NCBI GenBank assembly: GCA_002104905.1
Contig: MCFE01000572.1
Coordinates: 1 to 56,856, forward strand
Length of the DNA stretch: 56,856 nt
Source: Basidiobolus meristosporus CBS 931.73
Taxonomy: Eukaryota; Fungi; Basidiobolomycota
Direction of reading: 5' to 3'
The notes beneath the pieces were generated by a model. The model ran no database searches and was not told the DNA's origin. It was given only the letters and a program-made list of their open reading frames with translations. The translations under genes were made by a program, and so were the position numbers. Below, piece after piece: positions 1-12,247 of the stretch (positions are counted from its first letter, which is position 1; every line of letters starts with the position of its first letter).

Positions 1-1
1 G

Positions 2-232
2 TGGGAAATGTCTGCTGTTGAGCGTCACCAGTAAAGAAGCCAAGTGACTCCTCGTTGGTTTCTGGTGTGAGGAAGTCGGTGTAAAGCTCGTCGCCAAATT
101 TCTGCTTGTATCGACCCAGCTCACTCTCAAGATACCTTTGACGCAGAATGACCTGCTGTAAAGCGGATTCACCTGTTTCTCCATATCGGATGTGTCGGGA
201 TGTGTGATGGGGTTGGAGGGACGCTCCCTGGC
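2..232 (-). other. Coding-like open frame of unknown product running off the window edge (possible exon)
   Basis: Stop-free minus frame reading ...RHIRYGETGESALQQVILRQRYLESELGRYKQKFGDELYTDFLTPETNEESLGFFTG...; CpG retained; no motif recognised. Confidence 0.25.
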
Positions 233-1671
233 TTATGGAAGTCAACATCTTCTCCACATATAGTAAGAAATCAGTAGTCATGGTGGGGAATTAGAGTGAG
301 TTTCCAATCTATACAATTAACCGAGTGTGGTGCACAACTTTTGAAAGTGCTTGGGGGAAGATTATTAGGGTAGTTGAGGGGATCTATTCAAAAGGATGAC
401 TAATTTACACTACTGTGGACTCTATAAGAAGGGGCTAACGTTGCGGGAATATACTATGTAGTGAGAGGTAAGAGTCGCACTCTATCAACGAAGCTTTTAC
501 AAAATGGCCAGATATACCAATGGAGATTACCCAAGAATCTTATGAAGATTCATCCACGGAGCAAATCAAACTTAACCCAAACCTTAGTCTCAAATGGTTG
601 AAAAAAATTCTACCACCTGTGGCGGATCCATGGACTGGTCGAATCCACCATGAGATAGAACCTGTTGCGAACCCCACCCATATTTGGAATCTCTCTTCCA
701 CCGAACGCGGCTTGCTTTCCTCTAGGCTTTCATTGGGAATCATTGGTTTGCGCTGGTCTCCATTGGTGGAGATTACTTTGTATAGAGATTCGTTGAGGGG
801 TTCGATCATCACCCACGGTTTGGATTGGCTGGGGGTCTAGACCGGTCGATGGATACTCTCTGCTAGCACATGCATTTCATTCAATCTTCATATAATGAAT
901 GCGAGATAGGGGAGGATTTATCCTGATGTATCTGGTGCGCATTGGCCAGTGTCCCACCAGGCCCATCTGATTTCCATTGCATACTGGCGCCCATGGATTC
1001 GACCAAACGTCATGCTGGGGGGGGGTGGCGGCGGGGGATTCAGGTGAATAGCTGGGGATGAATTGCGTCCTGGAATTTTAATTTGCATCGGATCGGTTGA
1101 AAGGCGCCTTTGCGTGCGGGCCCTCTTGACTGTTACACAAAATTAAAGGTCCTTGCACGAAGACACTATCAACACTATATTTATTTCTGATCAGGATCCA
1201 CAAGTACAACATACCCCCTGGTAGTCATATGCCTTCTCTTCTAATTGGCAACATCTTCCCCTTCGGCTTCCCGTAGTAGGCACTGGATCCCCTACCCCAC
1301 CCGGTGGTGTCGCAGGCGAATCCGATCTGAATTTCAATATATGAATGATCATAATCGGCCAGCTATGCAGGATCCAGAATTTGCATTCCCTTGAGTCAAA
1401 TGGAGCATCGATCTTTAGTGTCCAGAGTGTAGTTGAAGGGTAGCCTACGCTGCACCTGATTCTTCCATCAAAGCACTGCTTCCAGTCTGGACACTTGATA
1501 TTGCTCTAGTTGTTGTGGAAATCTCCATAACGATCCTGCCATAATAGTCTCTTCAAGTCTATTAGGTAACTCCATCACTGCGACCTTGGTTCTGTTCTTT
1601 TTGTTGGTACCTTGTTTTATTATATAGCATTTCATCCACTCCCAACAAGTATCTTTCATGCTTGTTGCCAA

Positions 1672-1865
1672 TGTTTGGGTTATATACTAGCTTAGTCACT
1701 TTGCTTATAAGCATTAGAGTTTCTAGCCCAAATTCTTGCTGAGATTTACTCTATATATTCTTGTTAACATGTCAGTTGTCAGAATATGAACATCTGATTT
1801 GTTGCCCAAAAGTCCCCACACATTGCACACACCCTCCTGGACCCTTCTTAACCACTCTGTACAAT
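1672..1865 (+). repeat. Diverged, truncated copia family-1 LTR fragment
   Basis: Starts TG; colinear similarity to LTR 1874-2219 (cttagtcact, ccaaattc..gatttact, ttgcacaca..ggacc). Confidence 0.6.
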
Positions 1866-1873
1866 CATCTTTT

Positions 1874-2219
1874 TGTTGTGAATTTTGTAATTACACCTGA
1901 ATATTTGCCCAACTTAGTCACTAAGATCATTACCTACAAATCTTAGAGAATTCTGACCAAATTCCTTGTTGGGATTTACTAAGAATATCTTACCCTAACT
2001 TCAGCTACCCAGAACATGGAAGTCTGATAAGTTGTCCAAACAGTCCCAAACCTTGCACACATGCTCTTGGGACCTTCCTAAACCTACTCTATGTGTGTGT
2101 TATGCCAAGATCAGGTAAAAGTATAAATACTACCTTACACTCAATAAATCATTGAGTGAGAACCACATAATCTACTTGCACTCCCAATCACTTTAAATAT
2201 TGCCAAGACTCTTCCAACA
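1874..2219 (+). repeat. 5' LTR of Ty1/copia family 1
   Basis: TGTTG...CAACA, 346 bp, followed directly by PBS and gag; homologous to LTRs at 3264, 4113, 7371, 25245, 36490. Confidence 0.9.
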
Positions 2220-2231
2220 GGTTATGAGCCC
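2220..2231 (+). promoter_or_regulatory. Copia primer-binding site GGTTATGAGCCC (half-tRNA-iMet type)
   Basis: Abuts LTR end; same motif abuts LTRs at 25233-25244 and ~36478-36489 (minus); resembles the GGTTATGGGCCC PBS of Drosophila copia. Confidence 0.8.
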
Positions 2232-2250
2232 CAAGCTGTCACTCTCTGCA

Positions 2251-4112
2251 ATGTCTACTACTACTGTTACTGGAATTCTCCCCTCTGCTGAAAAGTTAGA
2301 TGGATCTAACTACCAAGTGTGCAAGGTGAAGATGAAGATGCTGCTACAGGAAAGAGGCCTTTGGGATATTGTCATGGGAGAAGAATGCCCTCCTAAAAAC
2401 ATGGGAGAGGAAGCCTTAAAGTAGCAGAAGAAAGAACAAAGTGCCTTTAACTGCATTTGCCTAAATGTTAAAGACAAGTTGCTAATTCAATGCTCACAAG
2501 CAAAAACAGCAAAGAATGCCTGGAAGGCATTAGAAGACACCTACCAGTCATGTTCAGCTGCTAAGAAAATGTATCAGAGACAAAAATTCTTCAGTACAAA
2601 GATGCCGCCAGGAGAAGAAATGAAAAATCTAATCAACAGAATTACCCAGCTGGTAGATGAGTTGGAATTTGTAGGCATACCAACTACTGATGAGGATGTG
2701 ATAGTCACCATCCTGAATAGCCTGACAGACAGGTTTCAGGGCCTTGTATCAGCCCAAGAGTCCAGAACTGAAGATTTGACCTTAGATTACATAAATGCAA
2801 GGCTCCTGGATGAAGAATCAAGAAAATCAAGTGCCAATAAGAAGGAAGAAGAAAATGCATTAATAAGCAATTGTAATCAACAAAGGAGGTACCTAAGACC
2901 TTACAAAGGCAATAGCAACCTGTTTTGCAACTACTGCAGAAGGAAAGGACACACATCAGACTGGTGTCTCAAAAAGAGAGATAATCAGCAAAAGAAGCCT
3001 GAATATGAAATTACTGCAACAACTGAAGATAGACTATGCATATCTGCACTAAATATGACCACAAACAAGGATTCTCAGATGTGGTACATTGACTCTGGAG
3101 CATCTCAACACTTTACACACCAAAAACAACTTTAGCCAATATCAAGACAGTCCAATCAAGAAGGTTTCCATGGGTGACAATAGAACACTCAATGCAGTGG
3201 GAAAAGGAAGTATCCAAGAAAACTTCAGAAGCAGTGAAGGAAGCCATAGAGTGACCTTTAAAGTGTTGTAAAAATTTGTATTTCCACCTAAATATTCACC
3301 TAACTTAGTCACTTAGATCATCACCTTCAAATCCTAGAGAATACTGACCAAATTCCTTGTTGGGATTTACTTAGAATATTTTCACCAAAATGCCAGGTAC
3401 CCAGAACATGAAAATTCTCAAAGTTGTCCAAACAGCCCCAAACTTTGCACACATGTTCTTGGGACCTTCCTTAACCTATTCTACGTGTTTGTAATGCCAA
3501 GACCAGGTAAAAGTATAAATACTACTTTTACATTCAATAGATCATTAAGTGAAACCACATAATCTACTTGTTCTCCAAATCACTTCCAATACCTCCAAGA
3601 CTCTTACAACATAAAGGAGTACTCTATGTACCAGAAAAAGCCAAGAACCAACTATCTGTAAGCAGGGCCACTGCAGAAGGACTCAGTTTCAGCTTTGACA
3701 ATTCTGGCTGCAAGATCACCAATCAAAACTGTGCCCATATTGCTTTGGGTATTGGATATCAGAATCTATGCAAGTTGACTTATATTCCATCATATTTAGA
3801 AGCCAATACAAGTAACTTAAATGAAGAAACACCAATGTTTTGGCACAGGAGATTTGGGCACATCAATTTTGATTATTAGTTCAAAATGATCAAAGAACAA
3901 CTAATTTCTGGAGTAAAAATTGATCCCCCAGCATATTTGGAGCACTATGAAGCCTGCATATATGGAAAACAAGCCAGACAACTGTTCAAGAGCTCTGGGC
4001 TAATCAATACTAAGAAAAAACTAGATCTAATTTGCTCATATCTGTGTGGACCTGTGCAAAACTTATCCTTTGGTGGGATGAAGTATTTTATCACTTTTAT
4101 TGATGATTATAC
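2251..4112 (+). pseudogene. gag-pol: Copia gag-protease-GAG_pre-integrase-integrase start, disrupted
   Basis: EKLDGSNYQV.K.KMKMLL (copia gag N-terminus), CNYCRRKGHTSDWC knuckle, WYIDSGASQHF protease, WHRRFGH, FITFIDDY; stops and frameshifts; solo LTR inserted at 3264; truncated at 4112. Confidence 0.9.
3264..3611 (+). mobile_element. Solo LTR of copia family 1 inserted into a family-1 copy
   Basis: TGTTG...CAACA flanked by 5-bp TSD TAAAG (3259-3263 and 3612-3616); host pol resumes after it. Confidence 0.9.
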
Positions 4113-7100
4113 TGTTGTTAGAGGCTTGGAGATATTGGAAGTGATTGGGAAAACAAGTAGATCATGGAGTTTTCACTTATGATTTATTGAATGTAAAGTA
4201 ATATTTATACTTTTACATGGTCTTAGCATAACAAACACATAGAATAGGTTCAGGGAGATCTCAAGAACATATGTGCAATGTTTGGGGCTGTTTGGACAGC
4301 TTTGAGAATTTTCATGTTTTGGGTACCTGATATTTTGGTGAAAATATTCTAAGTGAATCCCAACAAGGAATTTGGTCAGTATTCTCTAGGATTTGAAGGT
4401 AACAATCTAAGGGACTAAGTTGGGTGAATATTTAGGTGGAAATACTAATTTTTACAACACTCCCACTCAGCTAAATGCTCATACTGACTAGTCCTAATTT
4501 TGCCATAAGATATTCAAGCTTGTCTCTAGCTAATGGTTTGGTAAGTATGCCACTATCATTTCATCTGTAGGACAGTAAACTAAGGTAACTAAGTTATTCT
4601 CTAAAGCTTCACATATGAAATGATGTCTAATATCTATGTGCTTGGTTCTAGCATGAAAAGTTGGATTTCTACCTAATTGTATACATCCTTGATTATCTTG
4701 GAATAAAGTAATGGGCATTTTTTGACATAGGCCTAAATCTGTAAAAAGTTTTCTTAACCACATTGCTCTTTTGTAGCTTCACAGGCTGCCATATACTCTG
4801 CCTCTGTGGTGGAAAGTGCTACGGTTGGTTGCTTTCTTGAATTCCATGAACCTGCTCCTTTACAGTATAGAAAGGTGTATCCTGTGGTGGATCTTCTGTC
4901 TTCTAAATTTTGTCCCCAATCAGCATCAGAGTATCCCACAAGATCCTGCTCTGAGTCCTTATAAGTGTATCTTAAGCAGATATCAGCAGTTCCTTTTAGG
5001 TATCTAAAAATCCGCTTAACTGCTGCAATATGATCAGATCCATAGTTCTGATTATGTTGGCTGACAACTCCCACTGAATATGAGATATCTGGATGTGTTC
5101 CAGGCATAATATACATCAGACTAGTGACCATAGATTAATAAGGAAAGTCAGGGCATTCAGATGGCTCCAAGCTCTCTTGATTTGGTTGAGTTTTGACCAA
5201 GTTAAGGTTTGTCTCCAATGGGGTAGCTGCTGGTTTACAGTCTTCCATTTGGTATTTCTTTAGTATATCTTGAATGTACTTGGATTGGTTTAGGGTGATA
5301 GTCTGGGTAATTCTGTCTATGGAGAACTTAATCCCTAAGTAGTAACTAAGTTCTCCTAGATTGGATATCTTGAACTCCTTAGATGGGCTGGATTTAGTCT
5401 CTTCCAATGTTTCTAGGTTATTGGTGGCTATAATAAGATCATCCACATATAGAGCTAATAGAGCTGGATTTGCTCTATCTGGCTTATAGTATATACTATA
5501 GTCAGCATTACTCCTTTTGAAACTCAAAGATTCCAAATAAGAATCTATCTTGCAATTCCAGGCTCTTGGTGATTGTTTGAGACCATATAGTGACTTTTTA
5601 AGCTTGCAGACCAAATGCGGGTTATCTTAGTCAACAAACCCATCAGGATGGTTCATATACATGTCCTCATCAAGTTCTCCACTCAAAAATGCAGTTTTTA
5701 CATCCATTTGATGAATAAAAAACTTATATTTGGCTGCAATAGCAAATATTAGTCTGATGGAATTAAACTTGGCTACTGGTGCAAAGGTCTCAGTATAGTC
5801 AAGTCCTTTTGTTTGAGAGTATCATTTGGCCAGAAGTCTTGCTTTGTATCTTTCAACTGTACCATCCACCTTGTATTTTGTCTTGAAGACCCATCTGCAT
5901 CCAATTGATTTTTAGTTGATTGGTAATTTGAATAAGTCCCAAGTTTGATTTTCCATCAGGGCCTGATATTCCTCAGTCATTGCAGATCTCCAAAACTTTG
6001 TCTGAGGGCTATTTAGGGCCTCTTTTACAGTCTGGGGTTCATCAATATAGACTGAATAGGCATAGGCTAAGTTTGTACCCTCATTGATATAGTAATTTGG
6101 GCTATTTCTTGTCCAATTGGATCTCTGGGCATTTGATACTGGAATGATCACTTCTGGGTTATTCCTGGGCACTGATTCTGGCTGAACCACGGTTGTAGAG
6201 TCCTCTGGAGTGAAAAAATTCTCATTGTTTTGTGCTGATTCAATCCTGACAATTGGTGGACTTGAGATCAACTTTTTGTCATCATCTGATGTCATTTTTT
6301 GTGAAAATTTTGAGTTTTCATCAAACAACACATCCCTGGACTTGATCAGCTTCTTTGCTTTGGTATTGCAGAGTCTGTATGCCTTACTCTTGTTGCAGTA
6401 GCCCAAAAATATGCATTTTACACTTTTTGGCTCAAATTTTGACTGATCTCCGGCCAGTTTTTTGGCATATGCTGTACACCCAAATATTCTTAGATGTTCT
6501 GCACTTGGTCTGTATCCATACCATGCTTCAAATGGAGCAGAATCACAAAGTATTCTGTTATAACTCCTATTATTAAGGTATACAGCAGTGGCAACTGATT
6601 CCGCCCAAAAATCATAGGATAATTTTTGATCATGGATTATAGATCTTGCGGTATCAATTATTGCTCTGTTAGCTTGTTCTGCTACTCCATTTTGCTGTGG
6701 GGAGTATGGTACAGTAGTCTCTTGCTTTATCCCATAAATTTTGCAGAAGTGGATGAAGAGTTTTGAGGTATATTCTCCACCATTGTCAGAGCGTATTTTC
6801 TTGACTTTTTCACCAGTTTCTCTCTCCACCATGGCTTTAAACTACTTGAACTTGGACAGAGCTTTTTCCTTTTTCTCCATGAAGTATACCCATGTGTATC
6901 TTGTATAATCATCAATAAAAGTGATTAAATACTTTATCCTGCCTAAGGATAAATTTTGCATAGGTCCACACAGATCCAAGTGAAATAGATCTAATTTTTT
7001 CTTAGTTTTGATTAACCCAGAACTCCTGAACAGTTGTCTGGCTTATTTCCCATATATGCAGGCTTCACAGTGCTCCAAATTTGCTGGGGGATCAATTTTT

Positions 7101-7370
7101 ACTCCTGAAATTAGCTTATCTTTGATCATTTTGTGCAAATAATCAAAATTGATGTGCCCAAGTCTCCTGTGCCAAAGCATTGGTGTTTCTTCATTTAAGT
7201 TACTTATATTGGCTTCCAAATTTGATGGAATATAAGTCAACTTGTATAGATTCTGATCTCTGATACCCAAAGCAATATGGGCACCATTTTGATCAGTGAT
7301 CTCGCATCCAGAACTGTCAAAGCTGAAATTAAGTCCTTCTGCTGTGGCCTTGCTTACATATAGTATGTTC
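4113..7370 (-). mobile_element. pol: Copia family-1 3' portion (GAG_pre-integrase, IN, RT, RNase H, PPT, 3' LTR 4113-4459), pseudogenised
   Basis: WHRRLGH, IRSDNGGEY, QQNGVAE, LKKSLYGLKQSPRAW, LYVDDLII, GYSDADW, RTKHIDIRHHF; purine tract (plus ctcccactcag 4460-4470) before the LTR. Confidence 0.92.
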
Positions 7371-7720
7371 TGTTGTAAGAGTCTTGGAGATATTGGAAGT
7401 GACTTGAAGAACAAGTAGATTATGCAGTTTTCACTTAATGATTTATTGAGTGTAAATGTAGTATTTATACCTTTTCCTGGTCTTGGCATTACAAACACAT
7501 AGAATAGGTTAAGGAAGGTCCCAAAAACATGTGTGCAAAGTTTGGGGCTGTTTGGACAGCTTTGAGAATTTTCATGTTCTGGGTACCTAGTATTTTGGCA
7601 AAAATATTCTACGTAAATCCCAACAAGGAGTTTTGGTCAGTACTCTCTAAGATCTGAAGGTGATGATCTAAGTGACTAAGTTAGGTGAATATTTAGGTGG
7701 AAATACAAATTTTTACAACA
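7371..7720 (-). repeat. Copia family-1 LTR without TSD at a junction of two pol segments
   Basis: TG...CA, 350 bp, closest to LTR 3264-3611; no PBS follows; 5-bp flanks tgttc and ttttt do not match. Confidence 0.85.
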
Positions 7721-9597
7721 TTTTTGACATAGGCCTAAATCTTTAAAAAGCTTTCTTTACCACATTGCTTCTTTTGTAGCTACACAGGCTGCCATGTACT
7801 CTGCCTCTGTGGTAGAAAGTCCTATGGTTGGTTGCTTTCTTGAGTTCCATGAAGTTGCTCCTTTACAGTAAAGTAAGGTGTATCCTACGGTGGATCATCT
7901 GTCTTCCAAATTTTGTCCCCAATCTGCATCAGAGTATCCCACAAGATCCTGGGTGGAATTCTTATAAGTGTATTTCAAGCAGATATCAGCAGTTCCTTTT
8001 AGGTATCTAAAAATCTGCTTAAATGCTGCAATATGGTCAGATCTATGGTTCTGATTATGTTGGCTGACAACTCCTACTGAATATGAGATATCTGGACATG
8101 TTCCAAGCATGATATACATCAGACTGGCAACCATAGATTGACAAGGAAAGTCAGGGCTTTCAAATGGCACCAAGCTCTCTTGATTTGGTTGAGTTCTGAC
8201 CAAGTTAAGGTTTGTCTCCATTGGGGTAGCTGCTGGTTTACAGTATTCCACTTGGTACTTCTTTGGTATATCTTGAATATACTTGGACTGGCTTAGGGTG
8301 ATAGTCTGGGTACTTCTGTCTATGGAAAACTTAATCCCTAAGCAGTAACTGAGTTCTCCTAGATTAGACATCTTAAACTCCTTAGATGGGCTGGATTTAG
8401 TCTCTTCCAATGTTTCTAGGTTATTGGTGGCTATAATAAGATCATCCACATATAGAGCTAATAGAGCTGGATTTGCTCTATCTGGCTTATAGTATATACT
8501 ATAGTCAGCATTACTCCTTTTGAAACTCAAAGATTCCAAATAAGAATCTATCTTGCAATTCCAGGCTCTTGGTGATTGTTTGAGACCATATAGTGACTTT
8601 TTAAGCTTGCAGACCAAATGCAGGTTATCTTAGTCAACAAACCCATCAGGATGGTTCATATACATGTCCTCATCAAGTTCTCCACTCAAAAATGCAGTTT
8701 TTACATCCATTTGATGTGTAAGAAACTTTTATTTGGCTGCAATAGCAAATATTAATCTGATGGAATTAAACTTGGCTACCGGTGCAAAGGTTTCAGTATA
8801 GTCAAGTCCTTTTGTTTGAGAGTATCATTTGGCCAGAAGTCTTGCTTTGTATCTTTCAATTGCACCATCAGCCTTGATTATGTCTTGAAGGCCCATCTGC
8901 ATCCAATTGATTTTTAGTTGATTGGTAATTTGACTAAGTCTCAAGTTTGATTTTCCATCAGGGCCTGATATTCCTCAGTTATTGCAGAACTCCAAAAATT
9001 TGTCTGAGGGCTATATAGGGCCTCTTTCACAGTCTGGGGTTCATCAATATGGACTGAATAGGTATAGGCTAAGTTTGTATCCTCATTGATATAGTAATTT
9101 GGGCTATTTCTTGTCCAATTGGATCTCTGGGCATTTGATACTTGAATGATCACTTCCAGGTTATTCCTGGGCACTGATACTGGCTGAACCACAGTTGTAG
9201 AGTCCTCTGGAGTGAAAAAATTCTCATTGTTTTGCTCTGATTCAATCCTGACAATTGGTGGACTTGAGATCAGATTTTTGTCATCATCTGATGTCATTTT
9301 TTGTGATAATTTGGAATTTTCATCAAACAACTCATCCCTGGACTTGATTAGCTTCTTTGCTTTGGTGCTGTTGGGTCTGTATGCTTTACTCTCATTGCAG
9401 TTACCCAAAAATATGCATTTTACACTTATTGGCTCAAATTTTGACTGACTTCCAGACAGTTTTGTGGCATATGCTGTATATCCAAATAATCTTAGATGTT
9501 CTGCACTTGGTCTGTACCCATGCCATGCTTCAAATGGAGTAGAATCACAAAGTATTCTGTTATAACTCCTATTTTTAAGGTATACAGCTGTGGCAGC
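7721..9597 (-). pseudogene. pol: Second copy of copia family-1 IN C-terminus/RT/RNase H region (duplicate of ~4719-6592)
   Basis: Colinear with 4719-6592; same RT motifs; shares nonsense codons with that copy. Confidence 0.9.
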
Positions 9598-9849
9598 CCC
9601 TATGAAAAATTATTAAGATGATCCCATCAAAAGGCCGTCATAAAGTTAATGTCCCGTGACTGAGAGGTACTGATCTTGTCAGGACTCCGTCCAGAGACCG
9701 TTGAAAAATAATTGCACCCCCAATTTCACAAAATACTTTGTCAAAATTTTTCATCACAACAATGTATAAGTGGCTTTTGATTGGTTCCCTGCCAATTTGC
9801 TCACTATCTGATCCCAGACACTCTATTGCCTCCTATGGTTGTACGAATT

Positions 9850-11992
9850 GATTGGCTATTGCCTCTTTTTCACACTCCTTACTTCCTGACTTGACTGTTT
9901 CTCTTACTTTTCATGTGCACAAATTGATTTACTTCTGTGGAAACTTCAGTTGTACCTCAATTTCCAGTTGTATTGAACTATACATGTCCCTATACCCTAC
10001 ACTAACATTAAGCCCAACCCCACACTCAACATGTAACTCCATTAAAATCCACCACTCAATAAGTATTTCTGCTACAATGCTCTGGTTCCACAACTTTGGC
10101 AGGAACCCAACAACCTTATGCCACTGTTCATTCACTGGTTCTCACACGTCCTGGTCTTCAGCTGGCACTGCAAGGTCTAGCTCCTCATCTGCCAGTCTTT
10201 GCAATAAATCCTTGCAATATTCCAGTGCATTTTCTTGAGCACTGCTCTTGAAGAAGTGCTGCAACCTCTTGGTGTGCCTATTGATGTTCCAAAACTCCAC
10301 TAAAGGCATTGTGATAGTCTTTCAAGCTCTTGACATTGTAGCCTTGTATGTCAGTGGGATCTCCACTCTGGCAACAATGGAGGCTATGGAGGCTGTGCTA
10401 GATGAATTGCCTTTTTCAGCAAACTCATCTACCTTGCTGGAGTGTAGCTGAACTGGCTGCGCTTCCAACTCTTGGGAAAACAGCTGCTGTCTTGTTGGTA
10501 ATTCCTCTTGGCTATGATGAGATTCAGTCTGTTTCTGGCTTGCGGCATTAATTGGCAAGAACTGCAGTTTTTTTTGCATGCCTCCCTGTCTCAGGCTTGG
10601 GTGGACATTTTTCCCTTTACCTTTTCCTTTATCACTGCCAGGTCTTTCACTGCTACTTTGTCTGAGTGCTTCTTGTAAAGAACTACGTTTTCTCCTGGAT
10701 AAATTCTGCTCCAACAAATCTGTTTTGGCCTGCTTGTCCCTTGCTGGTACTCTTCTGGCAACCTGATGTTTCTTTTCAGCTTGTTTTGAGCTCTCAACTG
10801 TATTTGTGACAGGCTCCTGTAAAGTGGCTGGTTTTTGTCACTGCCAGGTGCTTCACTGCTACTTTAACTGGGTGCTTCTTGAGTGGTACTACGCTTTTTC
10901 CTTGATAAATGTTGTGCTGGTGCATCCATGTCTGCCTGCTTGTCCTGAATTGGCACTCTTCCTGCTGCCTGACGTCTCTTTGATGCTTGTCTGGAGCTTT
11001 TTGCCCTGCTTAAAACAGGCTCTTGAGGAAGCCGCTGGTTTTTAGCCATGGCACCCTTGTTCTTCTGCCTTTGATAGTTTCTGCTATTCTTAAGATACTT
11101 TCTTAGCATACCAATGCTGGCCCAAAATCTGTTTGCCTGTTTGAATCCAGGATAATGCTCATGGAGCAAGTCAAGTGCATTCTGCATGGCCTTGAGTTCC
11201 TAATGGTCCCATGGTATGCTGGCCTTAAGGTGATGGCATGCTAGACTTCCAACAGCCTCTTGTATATTAGCCCATTCTTCATTATTGCACTCAATGGCTT
11301 CACAGATCTTCAATGTCTTTTGATTTTTAGGCTTTGGTATATACACCACATTGTCTCCCTCTTATGCTGTGATAGGTTTTTCTGTGGGCTTTATCTTTGG
11401 GCACTGTTGTGCTTCAACGACTGTACAGTGTTCCTCTGCTGTTACATCAGGAAATGGCTCAATTCTGGCTGTGTCATTGAGCTACTTGAGTTCCTTCTTT
11501 GCAGAAAAGATACTGCTTTCTCTACCTGGATATTGATTGCTCTACAAGTATTATCTGCTCATCCTGTTTCTGGACTACTTCCTGATTTTTCTGGGCCATT
11601 TCATCTATCCTATCAGCCACTGCACCTAATTGCTTCATTAATGCTTTGGTATGAGCTGACAACATACTTGCTAATATGGGTGGTGGTGATGTTATCATGG
11701 CCACTTGCTGATCTTCAACAGAGGGTACTGCGTTTGCTACATTCTCATCTGCCTGATCATAACGGTCAGCTTGTGGCTCTGCAGAGGTTCTCAATTGCCT
11801 ACTTGACTGAGAGCCTGAGGAGTCTGCATTATTACCTTCAATGGGCACACTGTTCACAGGGCCTTTTTTGGATGTAGCCCCACTTGCTGCACTGAATGTC
11901 AAAGCAAGCTGTTGTCCAATTGTTCTTCTATTACTGTCAGTGGTGGGGTTTGGTTGGGAACCAGACTACTTTGCTTTATTTTTTGGCTGCAT
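9850..11992 (-). pseudogene. Accessory gene ORF-X of the CCCTA element (low-complexity N-terminus, helical central domain, conserved C-terminal block)
   Basis: ORF pieces 11522-11902, 10864-11187, 10322-10717, 9929-10135 join when stops are read through; homologous pieces at 43620-44400, 27920-28019, 51559-52700; 3' end approximate. Confidence 0.6.
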
Positions 11993-12247
11993 ATATATGG
12001 AAGTGAGTCAAACCAAAGGGGAAATAGTGTTACATACATGTGTGTATGTGGTGCCACAACTTTATTTATAATGCTTACTATGGCGGGTCATCATTGAATC
12101 TTACATTCATGTAGGTGCAATGTCTCAAATACAAGACTGTCTTAAGCTCAAGTTCACATGAGTATTGACCAAAAAGTGATATAATAGTGTCACATTGTTG
12201 AAGGTCAAACTGTTTGCCCCATGGACAAGATTACTTTGACTCAACGC

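Noticed and set aside
1655-1690. Minus-strand LTR end plus TGGCAAC PBS suggesting a gypsy start
   Set aside because: 1672-1865 is homologous to the copia family-1 LTR in plus orientation, so the TGG is probably incidental flank.
11260-11877. Hydrophobic 205-aa plus-strand ORF suggesting a membrane protein
   Set aside because: Antisense shadow of the K/Q/E-rich ORF-X; not kept open in copies D and E.
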